Below are positions 24,167-35,560 of a DNA stretch of 64,000 bases, one piece after another. The first letter of the stretch is position 1. The number at the start of each line of letters is the position of its first letter. The position numbers were made by a program, and so were the translations under genes. Where the stretch lies: assembly GCF_006345805.1 (NCBI RefSeq), contig NC_043009.1, positions 67,084,001 through 67,148,000 on the forward strand, given 5' to 3'. Source of the stretch: Octopus sinensis. Lineage: Eukaryota. The notes below the pieces were generated by a model. That model made no database searches and was not told the DNA's origin. It saw only the letters and a list, made by a program, of their open reading frames with translations.

Positions 24167-24805
24167 AAACCCCTTTCATTACCAACCTGTCTGAAACCGG
24201 TTCTGGCTCTGAGTACAAATGTCTTGTTTTCATATGTTTTGAATTAAAATCTTCCACCAAACCTTAGTCTCAATTTCTGTTCCTAACACTACTTGAATGA
24301 TAACTAAGTTATTTTACTAAATTCTTTGTTATGTTTAAAGTAATTTAAAGAAACACAGAGCAGGAGTGGTTGTGTGGTAAGTAGCTTGCTTACCAAACAC
24401 ATGGTTCCGTATTCAGTCCCACTGCGTGGCATCTTGGGCAAGTGTCCTCTACTATAGCCTCGGGCCGACCAATGCCTTGTGAGTGGATTTGGTAGACGGA
24501 AACTGAAAGAAGCCTGTCGTATATATGTATATATATATGTATGTGTGTGTATATGTTTGTGTGTCTGTGTTTGTCCCTCTAGCATTGCTTGACAACCGAT
24601 GCTGGTGTGTTTATGTCCCCGTCATTTAGTGTTTCGGCAAAAGAGACCGATAGAATAAGTACTGGGCTTACAAAGAATAAGTCCCGGGGTCGATTTGCTC
24701 AACTAAAGGCGGTGCTCCAGCATGGCCGCAGTCAAATGACTGAAACAAGTAAAAGAGTAAAAGAGAGAGAGCATCTCAAAATAAATACAGTAACGAAAGG
24801 GTTAA
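24167..24805. mobile_element. piggyBac-like MITE interrupted by a SINE
   Basis: Left TAAACCCCTTTCATTAC and right GTAACGAAAGGGTTAA; a SINE is inserted at 24361-24768. Confidence 0.7.
24361..24768 (+). mobile_element. SINE family 1, young full-length copy
   Basis: Near-identical to 26854-27276 and to the reverse complement of 29508-29917; CpGs are retained. Confidence 0.92.
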
Positions 24806-24904
24806 AGTAGTGATGGCAGAATCTCTAAGTCAATGTACAAAATTTTATATGATTTGGATTTTACTCTCAAGAGTAATGTTCATTTATTCTCTCTCTCTCT
24901 CTCT

Positions 24905-24938
<34 letters not shown>

Positions 24939-25439
24939 TTTTGAATTAATCAAATAGGGTTGAGATTTTCGATGATGTGATTGTTAATTTTCAGAATGAC
25001 ATTGTCGGGTAGGTGTGAGAGGCCAGATCCGGTCAGTTTGAACGTAAAACGGGTGGAGTATTTTGGGCTGGATTTGGCTGTAGGGTTACGGCATCTGATT
25101 GCGGGTCCCTATTTTGGGGGTTCCGGAGTTTTGAGAAATATGAAACCACGTTTTGGCCCCTATTGTTCCCAGCTCTAATCTGACCGTTAGTAGCACCTGC
25201 CAGGGCCATAATTCTGTTTATATAGCAGGTAACCACCCAACCCAGGGTACATTGAAATCATGAGATGCAACATGATGGATGTGAACTATTTTGGCAGATG
25301 AACTTCTTGAATCAATGGTGAATGTCCCTAGATCTGTGGTTCTCAACCTACTGACCCCTTTTTGTTTCTATTTTGCTCTGCTGGACCTTCATAACCATTT
25401 GATGTTTAAAACAAATTCTGCAATATTTTTATAATTAAA

Positions 25440-25817
25440 CTAGCAGTATTGCTCGGGTTTGTCTTGACCCTTTAGAATTGGAATTTTTGAAAAGTAAAAA
25501 TTTTGCATTATGTAGCTTGTTATTCTCTTTAAGTGAACATTTTTCTGGTTGAAATACACCGAAAAATGGCGACACAGCAGTCAAAAAATTGTAAAAAATT
25601 GGGAATTTCATAGAAAAAAATCACCTTTTTGATGTAAATAATTTTTGGTGTTAAGATGGTTTGATTTGAATTTTTTCTTCTACGGAAGAGCAAGCCTTCT
25701 TCTATCATACTCTCAATTTTGGTCAACTTGTGCCACAGGGTCTTGGAGGAGATGGTGTTACTTGAAGGCTACCAAACCTGCCATACACAGACAACTTCAG
25801 CTTTACATATATAGAGA
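25440..25817 (-). mobile_element. Non-autonomous Helitron (second copy)
   Basis: Reverse complement of 9022-9415 with A|TC and CTAG|T ends; half of the terminal hairpin is deleted. Confidence 0.85.
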
Positions 25818-25929
25818 TATTATCAAGAAATGTATAAAAAGAATTGTTAAAATAAAATATTTGTATTGTAAAAGTCTAAACAATTTATTGGAGATAAATT
25901 TTAACAGAAGAGTCTAAAGTGGACCCTCA

Positions 25930-26190
25930 TCTAAGTGCTGCTGCACCAGATGCTGAGTGGATGAATAGGCAAGAAACTGTCAACAGCCAGGATGAATGAG
26001 TTCAGTTATCAAGCTTCTGCTATCATCTGTAGTCACGGCTTTCACAGATAAGATATTCCAGATCGCAAAAGACCAATGTGAATAAATCCCAAGCCAGACA
26101 TTCCTGCTGCATTGGTTGATTGGGCCACCTGGCGAGGAAGAGTTGCATTGGTCTGGGAAAGTCTTTTGACTGGATGGTCATCGATGATGG
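25930..26190 (-). mobile_element. Decayed CR1/L2-like LINE 3' fragment
   Basis: The minus frame SFAIWNILSVKAVTTDD resembles the WNxLPxxVVxA motif. Confidence 0.4.
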
Positions 26191-26409
26191 TGTAGAAAAA
26201 CAGAATTATTTAGAGCATTAGACTATGACTCAGTGGTGCTGTTGGCATGGAAAATAATAGCTAAGTTAGTGTTAATATAATTAATGTGGAGAGCATTTGA
26301 GAAAGCTAGCTTGATATATATATTTCACTGTATTTATTTATTCATGTGAAGTGCAAGGAATGTAATACAAAGTAGTATTGTATGTGACCTTGTGCCTATA
26401 GCAGAAGGG

Positions 26410-26850
26410 GTCGAGTTGGTAGGAGTGTTAGCACATCAGACAGAATGCTTAGCAGGGTTTTGTGTGTGTCTTTACGTTTTGAGTTCAAATGCTGCTGGGT
26501 CGATTTTTGCATTTCATCGTTTCAAGGTCGAAAACATAAGTACCAATTGAACATTGGGGGTCAATGTAACTAATCTATCCCCTCCCCTCGAATTGCAGAC
26601 CTTGTGCCAAAATTTGAAACCATTGTTATTGTTCAGGTGGCAAGCTGGCAGAACCATTAGCATAGCATGCCAGATAAAATCTGAGTTCAAATTCTGCCGA
26701 GGTCAACTTTGCCGTTCATTTTTTTTTGGTGTCGATAAATTAAGTACCAGTGAAACACTGGGGTTGATGTAATCGACTAGTGCCCTCCCCCCAAAATTAC
26801 AGGCCTTGTGCCTTTAATAAAAAGGATTATTATTATTGTTATTATTATTA
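26410..26850 (+). mobile_element. Two tandem SINE family 2 copies ending in (ATT)n
   Basis: Copies at about 26410-26615 and 26635-26850. Confidence 0.75.
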
Positions 26851-26853
26851 CAA

Positions 26854-27276
26854 GGTGCAGGAGTGGCTGTGTGGTAAGTAGCTTGCTTACCAACCACATG
26901 GTTCCGGGTTCAGTCCCACTGCGTGGCATCTTGGGCAAGTGTCTTCTACTATAGCCCCGGGCCGACCAATGCCTTGTGAGTGGATTTGGTAGGCGGAAAC
27001 TGAAATAAGCCTGTCGTATATATGTATATATGTATATATATATGTGTGTGCGTGTATGTTTGTGTGTCTGTATTTGTCCCCCTAGCATTGCTTGACAACT
27101 GATGCTGGTGTGTTTACGTCCCTGTCACTTAGCGGTTCGGCAAAAGAGACCGATAGAATAAGTACTGGGCTTACAAAGAATAAGTCCCGGGGTCGATTTG
27201 CTCGACTAAAGGCGGTGCTCCAGCATGGCCACAGTCAAATGACTGAAACAAGTAAAAGAGTAAAAAGAGTAAGAGT
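26854..27276 (+). mobile_element. SINE family 1, young full-length copy inserted in an (ATT)n tail
   Basis: ATT repeats flank both sides of a complete head, core and tail. Confidence 0.92.
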
Positions 27277-28129
27277 ATTATTATTATTTTATGTTTGACT
27301 TTTGCTTTGTATTTGTACAAGTTGACTCCAAGTCTAACCCAGAGACCTCAAGAGACAACAAGTTAGAAGTTCAAGTTGGTGTTATGCATAGCATGCCATA
27401 TACTTGGTTTTACACAAAGTATTGTTCTAGAGAATGTTTAAGAAAACATAACAAAATTGTTTGTTTTAAAATTTGAGATTACATAGTATTTCATGTAGGA
27501 TATGGTCAGTTCCCCATGAGCTCTATCTTTTGAATTTCTGCCATTTTGGAGTTTCCTAGTATCTGAGCTAGTTAGAAATCAGCTCCTTTTGTTATCATTC
27601 CTAGGGCACCTATTATTATTATTATCATTAAAAACATGTTTTTCTGATACTGAAGATGACTTGATGTAATTTGCAAAATTCTGTAGTTGCTTAATCCCAG
27701 GTCATCATTGACCAAATGCACTTATGATTAAAGTTTTCCAGCCTTGGTCCATACTCCTGCTTTTCTGTCAGTGTGTCCAGTGTGTCTCCCCTGTTCCATG
27801 TAGAGAGGCTTACAATTATTTTTCTTGTGGAGCGTAAACCTGACGGACCTGTTTCAAGGACACTGAGTCTATTCGGTTCCCACAGAGTAAAGGGTAATGA
27901 AATCGTTCTTCCATCAAGATGTCTTGCTATAGTTTCTTGGGGACACACAAGATGCTAATATTGGATATAGGCATTTACAAAAATGCTTTTCCTGTTGCCA
28001 ACCCTTTGCCTGTTTCCAAGCTAGGTAATATTTCCACATGGACAGATGTGTTGTTGGAACCGTAGGACATTGCTCGTGAGATGGTGGTACTGACAGCTAT
28101 CACAAGATGACAAAGGAAGAAAACAGTAT

Positions 28130-28740
28130 CACACCCACCACACCCACCCTCACCTCACACCCTCACCCCACCCCCACACTCATGCACACACCACCACCAC
28201 CATCACACTCGCACACACACCACCACCACACTTGCACACAAACCACCATCACACTCGCGCGCACGCCAGCACCACACTCGTGCATGCTCACCACCCCCAG
28301 ATGCCCACACTCCACATGCACTCCCACCCCACCCCACACTCACGCACACATCACCACCACCATCACACTCGCACACACACCACCATCACACTCGTGTGCA
28401 CACCACCACCTCAATTGCGAGCACGCCACCATCACACTCGTGTGCGCTCACCACCACCACGGCACTTGCCCCCTCCACCACCCCCGATGCCCACACTCCA
28501 CATGCACTCCCACCCCACCCAACACTCACGCACACACACCACCATCACACTCGCACACACACCACCATCACACTTGCGAGCACACCACCACCATCACACT
28601 CGCACACACACCACCATCACACTCGCACACACGCCACCATCACACTCGTGCGCGCTCACCACCACCACGGCATTTGCCCCCCCCCCCACCCCCTTAGATG
28701 CCCACACTCCACATGCACCACCACCACCCCACACACACAA
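28130..28740. repeat. CAC-rich compound minisatellite
   Basis: Subunit CACCACCATCACACTCGCACACA, with marker ATGCCCACACTCCACATGCAC recurring at about 28301, 28487 and 28698. Confidence 0.85.
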
Positions 28741-29154
28741 GAGTTTCTTTAAGTTTCACAAGTCACTTACCCAAGGTACCACGCGGTGGGACCGAACTCG
28801 AAACCACGTGGTTAGCAAGCAGGTTTCTTACCTGTCAGCCACACCTGCCGCCTATCATCGTTAAGCACCGGCATTTGTTTCAACCACTTAACAAATGGCT
28901 CAGGTTCTGTCTTCTTGTCACATACACCATTGCAGTGCAACAGCAATGAATTCTTAATTCTCTTGTTCAGCAGCAGACGGAACATGCACGGCGAGTCTCT
29001 AAGTGCAGACTTCTTGTATGGCTTGCACTCTCTTTTACATTTGACACTTGATGAAACAGCAGTACATGTAGTAGCGTGAGACAAGCTATAATTTCTTTGA
29101 GACTCACTCACATTATCTTGTAGTAAGTGCAGTATTGTTGGCTTCAGTCAAATG

Positions 29155-29395
29155 ATAAAATAAATTCTAAATATTACGGAGATGTACTTGCATAGCAAGT
29201 GACCTGAGCTGAGATCGTGTGCTGGAACGAAAACAATTGCAGCGTGGAAGGTGTTTATAAGCCATTTAAGAAACACACAAAAACCATTAGATTCACCTCA
29301 ACATTTAAATTTAATTTGTGTCAAAATATTTTCGTCGCTTTGAGACCGCGACCTGTTCACTGACAAAACTTCGTGCTGCATTCTAAATTCTAAAT
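29155..29395 (-). mobile_element. Penelope-like terminal repeat remnant (family B)
   Basis: It carries a complete minimal hammerhead fold on the minus strand and is bounded by TAAATTCTAAAT on both sides (about 29161 and 29384). Confidence 0.55.
29319..29365 (-). ncRNA. Minimal type I hammerhead ribozyme motif, G3-C8 variant
   Basis: UGUCA-GUGAACA-G-GUCGC(ggucucaaa)GCGAC-GAA-AAUAUU-U|UGACA. Stem I is 5 bp, stem II is 5 bp, and stem III is palindromic. Confidence 0.65.
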
Positions 29396-29507
29396 AAATC
29401 AGCCGAAATTCAAACAATTCAGAGCATAGACATTTATTTTGTTTTATCTAAAGAATTTCTTTTTAACTCTTTAACATTTTGGTTACTCAGTCAAAGGTAA
29501 TTCCTAT

Positions 29508-29711
29508 TTACTCTTTTACTTGTTTCAGTCATTTGACTGCAGCCATGCTGGAGCACCGCCTTTTGTCGAGCAAATTGACCCCAGGACTTATTCTTTGTAA
29601 GCCCAGTACTTATTCTATCGGTCTCTTTTGCTGAACCGCTAAGTGACGGGGACGTAAACACACCAGCATCGGTTGTCAAGCAATGCTAGGGGGACAAACA
29701 CAGACACACAA

Positions 29712-29746
<35 letters not shown>

Positions 29747-29917
29747 CATATATACGACAGGCTTCTTTCAGTTTCCGTCTACCAAATCCACTCACAAGGC
29801 ATTGGTCAGCCCGGGGCTATAGCAGAAGACACTTGCCCAAGATGCCACGCAGTGGGACTGAACCCGGAACCATGTGGTTGGTTAGCAAGGTACTTACCAC
29901 ACAGCCACTCCTGCGCC
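29508..29917 (-). mobile_element. SINE family 1, young full-length copy
   Basis: Reverse complement of 26854-27276 with few differences. Confidence 0.92.
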
Positions 29918-30234
29918 AATAAACTCGTAGCTTTGCAATGTCAATGATTGATTATTTTTATGATGACATTGTAGGATATGTGTGAGAGGCCTTAGCCAGA
30001 AATGGCCATCCCCCAAAATACAAATTGTGGCAGAATTGTGAGTACACTGGACAAAATGCTTTGTGGTATTTCTTCTGGCTTTTCATTCTGTGTTCAAATT
30101 CTACTGAGGTCCTTCAGCCTTTAGGGGTCAGTAAGAACCAGTTGAACACAGGGGTCAGTGTAATCAACTTGCTCTTGACCCTAAATTTCGGGTTCTGTGC
30201 CTCTTGTAGAAAGAATCTGTAATCATTTCTCTTT

Positions 30235-30747
30235 TCCTTGTTTCAGGCATTGGACTGTGGCCATGCTGGGGCACTGTCCTGAGGAATTTTAGCTGAATAA
30301 TTCAAACCCAGTAGTTATTTTTTTAAAGCTTAGTTTTTAGTTTATCAATTTCTTTTGCCAAACTGTTAAGTTATGGGGATGTAAACATACCAACATTGTT
30401 TTTCAAACAGTAGTGGGAAACACAGGCACACACACTTACACACGCACACACACACTTACACCCACGCACTTATACACACACTTACACACGCACACACACA
30501 CTTACACCCACGCACTTATATACACACATACACACACTAATACACACACACGCACTAATACACACACACGCACTAATACACACACACGCACTAATACACA
30601 CACACGCACTTATACACACACACACGCACTTATACACACACACATGCACTTATACACACACATGCACTTATACACACACATGCACTTATACACACACATG
30701 CACTTATACACAAACATGCACTTATACACATGCACACACGTACTTAT

Positions 30748-30787
<40 letters not shown>

Positions 30788-30812
30788 ATGCATTTACATA
30801 TGCACGCACACA

Positions 30813-30854
<42 letters not shown>

Positions 30855-31000
30855 CATGATGCATTTCTTTCCGTTTCCATCTACGAAATTGACTCATAAC
30901 ACTTTGCTCGACCCAAGGAGACATTCGCCCAAGCTGTCACACATTGGGACTGAACCCAGAACCACATGGTTTGAGGCAAGCTTCTTACTATACAGTCACA
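30235..31000 (-). mobile_element. Old SINE family 1 copy expanded by an 18-bp CA-rich minisatellite
   Basis: The SINE 3' part is at 30235-30420 and the head at 30860-31000. (CACACATGCACTTATACA)n lies between them, where the family has its internal TA/TG microsatellite. Confidence 0.7.
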
Positions 31001-31524
31001 CCCTTATCCCCTCCAGTGGCTGACACAGTAAGGCATCAGAAAAAAAAAGGGCTTGGTGGTATTTCCTTATAGGGCAGGAGTGGGTGTCTGTTGTGTCCTT
31101 CCTCCTATCAGAGTCCATTAAGAATAAAGTACCAGTTATATACTAGTGTAGATTTAATGGGTCATGCTTCTCCTTCCTTTCTTTGCAAAAAAAAAAAAGC
31201 TAAAAAAACCCAAAATTGTGACCTTGTGCCAATATTAGAAATTTTTTTAGAAAAAAAGAAATGCAAAATAAAAGAAAATAAATAACTAAAACAATTTCAT
31301 GGATGTCTTCTAGATATTCTTTAGTCTTGTTTTGGCCATGCTGGGGCACCACCTTTAGTCGAGCAAATCGACCCCATGACTTATGCTTTGTAAGCCTAGT
31401 ACTTGTTCTATTGGTCTCTTTTGCTGACCTGCTAGATTACAGGGACATAAACATACCAGCATTGGTTGTCAAACAATGTTGGGATGAATACACACACACC
31501 TACAAACGCATACATATGCGTGCA

Positions 31525-32300
31525 CGGCAGTGAAACATGGGCCATGACTGTAGAGGACTGCGGAGGATATGCGTAGGCTTGAAAGAAATGAAGCTAGCAT
31601 GATCCGCTGCATGTGTAATGTTAGTGTGCACACGTGACAGAGTGCCCTGAGAGGAATGTTGGACATAAAAAGCATCAGATGTGGCGTGCAAGAGAGACGT
31701 TTGTGTTGGTATGGTCATGAGGAGAGATGTGTGAAGAAGTGCCACTCCCAAACAGTTGAAGGAATCCGGGGTTGAGGTAGACCCAGGAAGACATGGGATG
31801 AGGTGGTCAAGCATGACTCTCGAACGTTGGGCCTCACAGAGGCAATGACGAAAGACTGAGACCTCTGGAGTTATGCTGTGACTGCGAAGACCAGACAAAT
31901 GAAGTGAGTTCACGGCTCAAAGGACAGCCTGCTGTGCTTACCTTGGATCGTAGGGTGACCTGCTGTGCTTGAGGAGACCTATCGAGTCAAGTACATCAAC
32001 GTCAGAATAAAAATCAAATGTAAATTGTAGTTGTGATACCCGTGCTGGTGGCACATAAAAAGCAGCATTCAGACATGGCCGATGCCAGTGCTGCCTTGAC
32101 TGGTGTCCATGCCAGTGGCATGTAAAAAGCACCCACTATACTCACAGAGTGGTTGGTGTTATGAAGGTCATCCAGCTGTAGAAACACTGCCAGATCAGAC
32201 TGGAGCCTAGTGCAGTCCTCCTGGCTTCCCAGACACCAGTCGAACCGTCCAACCCATGCCAGCATGGAAAATGGATGTTATCTGATGATGATGAAGATGA
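31525..32300 (+). mobile_element. RTE-clade LINE 3' end (ORF C-terminus, 3' UTR and (GAT)n tail)
   Basis: The decayed frame reads ...AEDMRRLERNEASMIR...ERRLCWYGH...GRPRKTWDEVVKHD..., with the stop at about 31915 followed by the UTR. Confidence 0.88.
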
Positions 32301-32454
32301 TGGGCTTCTTTCAGTTTCCGTCTACCAAATTCTACACACAAGGCTTTGGTCGGCCTAAGGTTATAGTAGAAGACACTTGCTCATGTGGGACTGAACCTGG
32401 AAGCATATGGTTGGTAAGCAAGCTACTTACCACACAGCCACTCCTGTACAGTAA

Positions 32455-32835
32455 GTTTGTTTCCTAACCACATGGTTCTGGGTTCAGTCCCACTGCATGG
32501 TACCATGGGCAAGTGTCTTCTACTATAGCCTTGAGCCAACCAAAGCTTTGGGTCTGGTGGAGGGAAACTTAAAACTAAACCCCAAAAAAACCTATCATGT
32601 GTGTGTGTGTGTATGTATATGTGTTTGTGTCTGTGTTTGTTCCCCACCACTGCTTCACAACTGGTATTGGTGTGTGTTTACAGTCACATAACTTAGCAGT
32701 TTGGCAAAAGAGGCTTACAAAAAAAAAAAGAAAAAAAGGTAATTAGTTCTGGGATTGATTTGTTTGGCTAAAATTCTTCCAGGCGGTGCCCCAGCATGGC
32801 CCGCAGTCTAATAACCGAAGCAAGTAAAAGAATAT
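32455..32835 (+). mobile_element. SINE family 1 (diverged), head-to-head with a minus copy at about 32300-32450
   Basis: Sequence homology. Confidence 0.7.
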
Positions 32836-33164
32836 CATAACCTTCTAATCTATGTTCGGACAGAATGGAAAAACAAACATCGAAAAGAAAACAACCAAGC
32901 AAAAAAACAAAAAAAAAACAAAAAAAAAGAAGAAAATGTAATAAAAAAAAATGAGAGAAAAAGCAAAAAAAAAAAGCAATATAGTTTTTATCCATGTGAA
33001 CACTTGCAGCCCTAATCTAGCTTGTTGTTGCCCTCGTTTTGATGTTAGATGTTTATAAGATTGTATTTATCTTGTCTGTTACTATTTCCTGCCATGCAAC
33101 AACTGCCAGACTTTCTTAATTCCTGTGTCTGTGTTTTGTAAACCTTGATAAAAACTACTGTTGC

Positions 33165-34090
33165 TGCTGCCACCCAAACCACCACCACCACCACTGCTAA
33201 TGCCACCATCAGTACCGTTACCACCACCGTAAGAATCACTGCAACCAATACCATCAACTGTTGCTGCTGCCACCAACATCACTACCACCAACACCACCAC
33301 CACCATCACTACAACTACTGCCAACATCACCACCACCACCACCACCACCACCATCATCACTACAACTACTGCCAACATCACTACCACCACCGCCACCACC
33401 ACCACCACCACCACCAACATCATCAGTACCACCACCGCCACCACCACCACCAACATCACCACCACCACCATCACTACCACCGCCACCACCATCATCACTA
33501 CAACTACTGCCAACATCACTACCACCACCACCACCACCACCATCACTACCACCACCACCAACATCATCAGTACCACCACCGCCACCACCACCAACATCAT
33601 CAGTACCACCACCGCCACCACCACCACCAACATCACCACCACCACCATCACCACCGCCACCACCATCATCACTACAACTACTGCCAACATCACTACCACC
33701 ACCACCACCACCACCATCACTACCACCACCACCACCAACATCATCAGTACCACCACCGCCACCACCACCAACATCATCAGTACCACCACCGCCACCACCA
33801 CCACCAACATCACCACCACCACCATCACCACCACCACCACCATCATCACTACAACTACTGCCAACATCACCACCACCACCACCACCATCACTACCACCAT
33901 CGCCACCACCAACACACCACCATCACCACCCACCACCACCACCACCAACATCATCACCACCACCACCATCATCACTACAACCACTGCCAACATCACCACC
34001 ACCCTCACCATCACCACAACCACCACCACCACCGCAATTATAATTACCACTGCTATCATGATTATTTCCACCACCATCATGACCACTGCT
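33165..34090. repeat. (CAC/CAT)n trinucleotide array with higher-order periodicity
   Basis: The marker CATCACTACAACTACTGCCAACATCAC recurs six times; the array produces spurious poly-His, poly-Pro and poly-Val ORFs. Confidence 0.95.
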
Positions 34091-34420
34091 GTTGCTACCA
34101 TCTTCCCTTACTGCTTCAAGTCATCTTTCTCTTTCTCCCCCCCCCACCACCCGTTCTACTTTTATCTCTCAACTTCCCCCCCTCATCCATCCTTTCACCT
34201 GTTATGCTACTGTTTCTCTTTCTCTCTCACTTTGCTTCTCTCTTTCATGCTCTCCCCCCTCTCTCTCTCTCACCCTACCACTCACCTCCCCCTCTTGTTA
34301 CCCCTCACCGTTTTCCTCTCTTCCATACCTCTACACCAAATTCATTTACCTCAGAGTGGATGCAGATATTTATTAGGTACAAATCCTTATATTTTACGCA
34401 AACCATATTCGAAGGCTATA

Positions 34421-35089
34421 CAAGGTCTGATTAAAAAGTGTCGGGCACTGGTGCTATAAAAAGAAAGCTGTTTGGTGTTTAGCCCCCTTCTCATGTAGCC
34501 CCCTTCTGAAGCCACACAACTTATCCAGTGTTGTTTCCTATGGAAGGAAGTATTCCTGGAATCCCTATTTCGGAATAGTTGAATAGCTACCTCGTCACAT
34601 TCTTTTGGATTTCTTCGGCGCTTTGAAATCTTTTTCCTTTCAAATAGGATTTGATTTTTGACTTGATTTTGGGGGTCAAAGCCTCAGACTCACAATTCAT
34701 CACCATTTTCGAAAACCTTTCATTTTCCTAGACACGGCCAAGGAGATCTTTTCGAGATGACCGCACTCTACACATTTCACTTCCAAGCACTGCTATAAAC
34801 AACGGAAGTGAGCAAGAATGTTGTGACTTAGTGTGCTGATGCGACAGAGTTCAAGGTCAGCCTTTGCCAAGCGCATTCATGTGGAGGCCCACGGCCTAGT
34901 GGTTAGAGCAGCGGACTCGCGATTGAGGGATCGCGGGTTCGAATCTCAGACCTAAAGTGAGCAAGAATGTTGTGACTTAGTGTGCAGATGTGACAGAGTT
35001 CAAGGTCAGCCTGTGCCAAGCTGGTTCACCGTGTGTGCTTTAGCTCTGTTACCATAGTAACAGTCTTGACACTTTTTGATCAGACCTCG
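34421..35089 (-). mobile_element. Internally deleted mariner element
   Basis: TA|CAAGGTCTGATTAAAAAGTGTC...GACACTTTTTGATCAGACCTCG|TA. The minus-strand remnant KIKSYLKGKRFQSAEEIQKNVT...HWISCVASEG matches the mariner transposase C-terminus. Confidence 0.88.
34873..34954 (+). mobile_element. Isolated tRNA-like SINE head flanked by a 67-bp direct repeat
   Basis: A box GGCCTAGTGG and B box GGTTCGAATC; the flanks 34806-34872 and 34955-35021 are 64/67 identical. Confidence 0.8.
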
Positions 35090-35179
35090 TATAATTAATT
35101 CCTACACTAATACAATTTACAACACTTTTTCTCTTTTTAACTCTGTTTCTGACAAAAAATACACTACTTGTGTATCTTT

Positions 35180-35560
35180 ATTCTTTAGATTGTTTTGGTC
35201 ATTTGACTGTGGCCATGCTGGGGCACCACCTTGAAAGGTTTAGTTGAACAAATCGACCCCAGTACATATTTTATATTTTCTTAAGGGTGCTACTTGTTCT
35301 ATCAGTCTCTTTTACTGAGTTAGTAAGTTACAGGGATGTAAACAGACCAACACTGGTTATCAAGTGGTGGTAAGGACAAACACACACACACAGACACATT
35401 CACTCATATATATGATGAGATTCTTTCAATTTCTATCTACTAAATCCATTCACAAGGCTTTGATTAGTCCAAAGCTATAGTGGACTTGCCCAAGATGCCC
35501 AGGGACTGAAGCTGAACACATGTGGTTGGGAAGCAAGCTTCTTCACCACACAACCACACA
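35180..35560 (-). mobile_element. SINE family 1 (old)
   Basis: Sequence homology. Confidence 0.75.

Noticed and set aside
28107-28864. His/Pro/Thr-rich ORFs of 118-210 aa
   Set aside because: They are by-products of the CAC minisatellite.
33082-34434. Long poly-His, poly-Pro and poly-Val ORFs as a histidine-rich structural protein
   Set aside because: All frames derive from a stop-free (CAC)n array, with no signal peptide, splice sites or Gly-His repeats.
34880-34952. tRNA gene
   Set aside because: It has A and B boxes but no complete acceptor stem, and it matches the SINE head at 23155.
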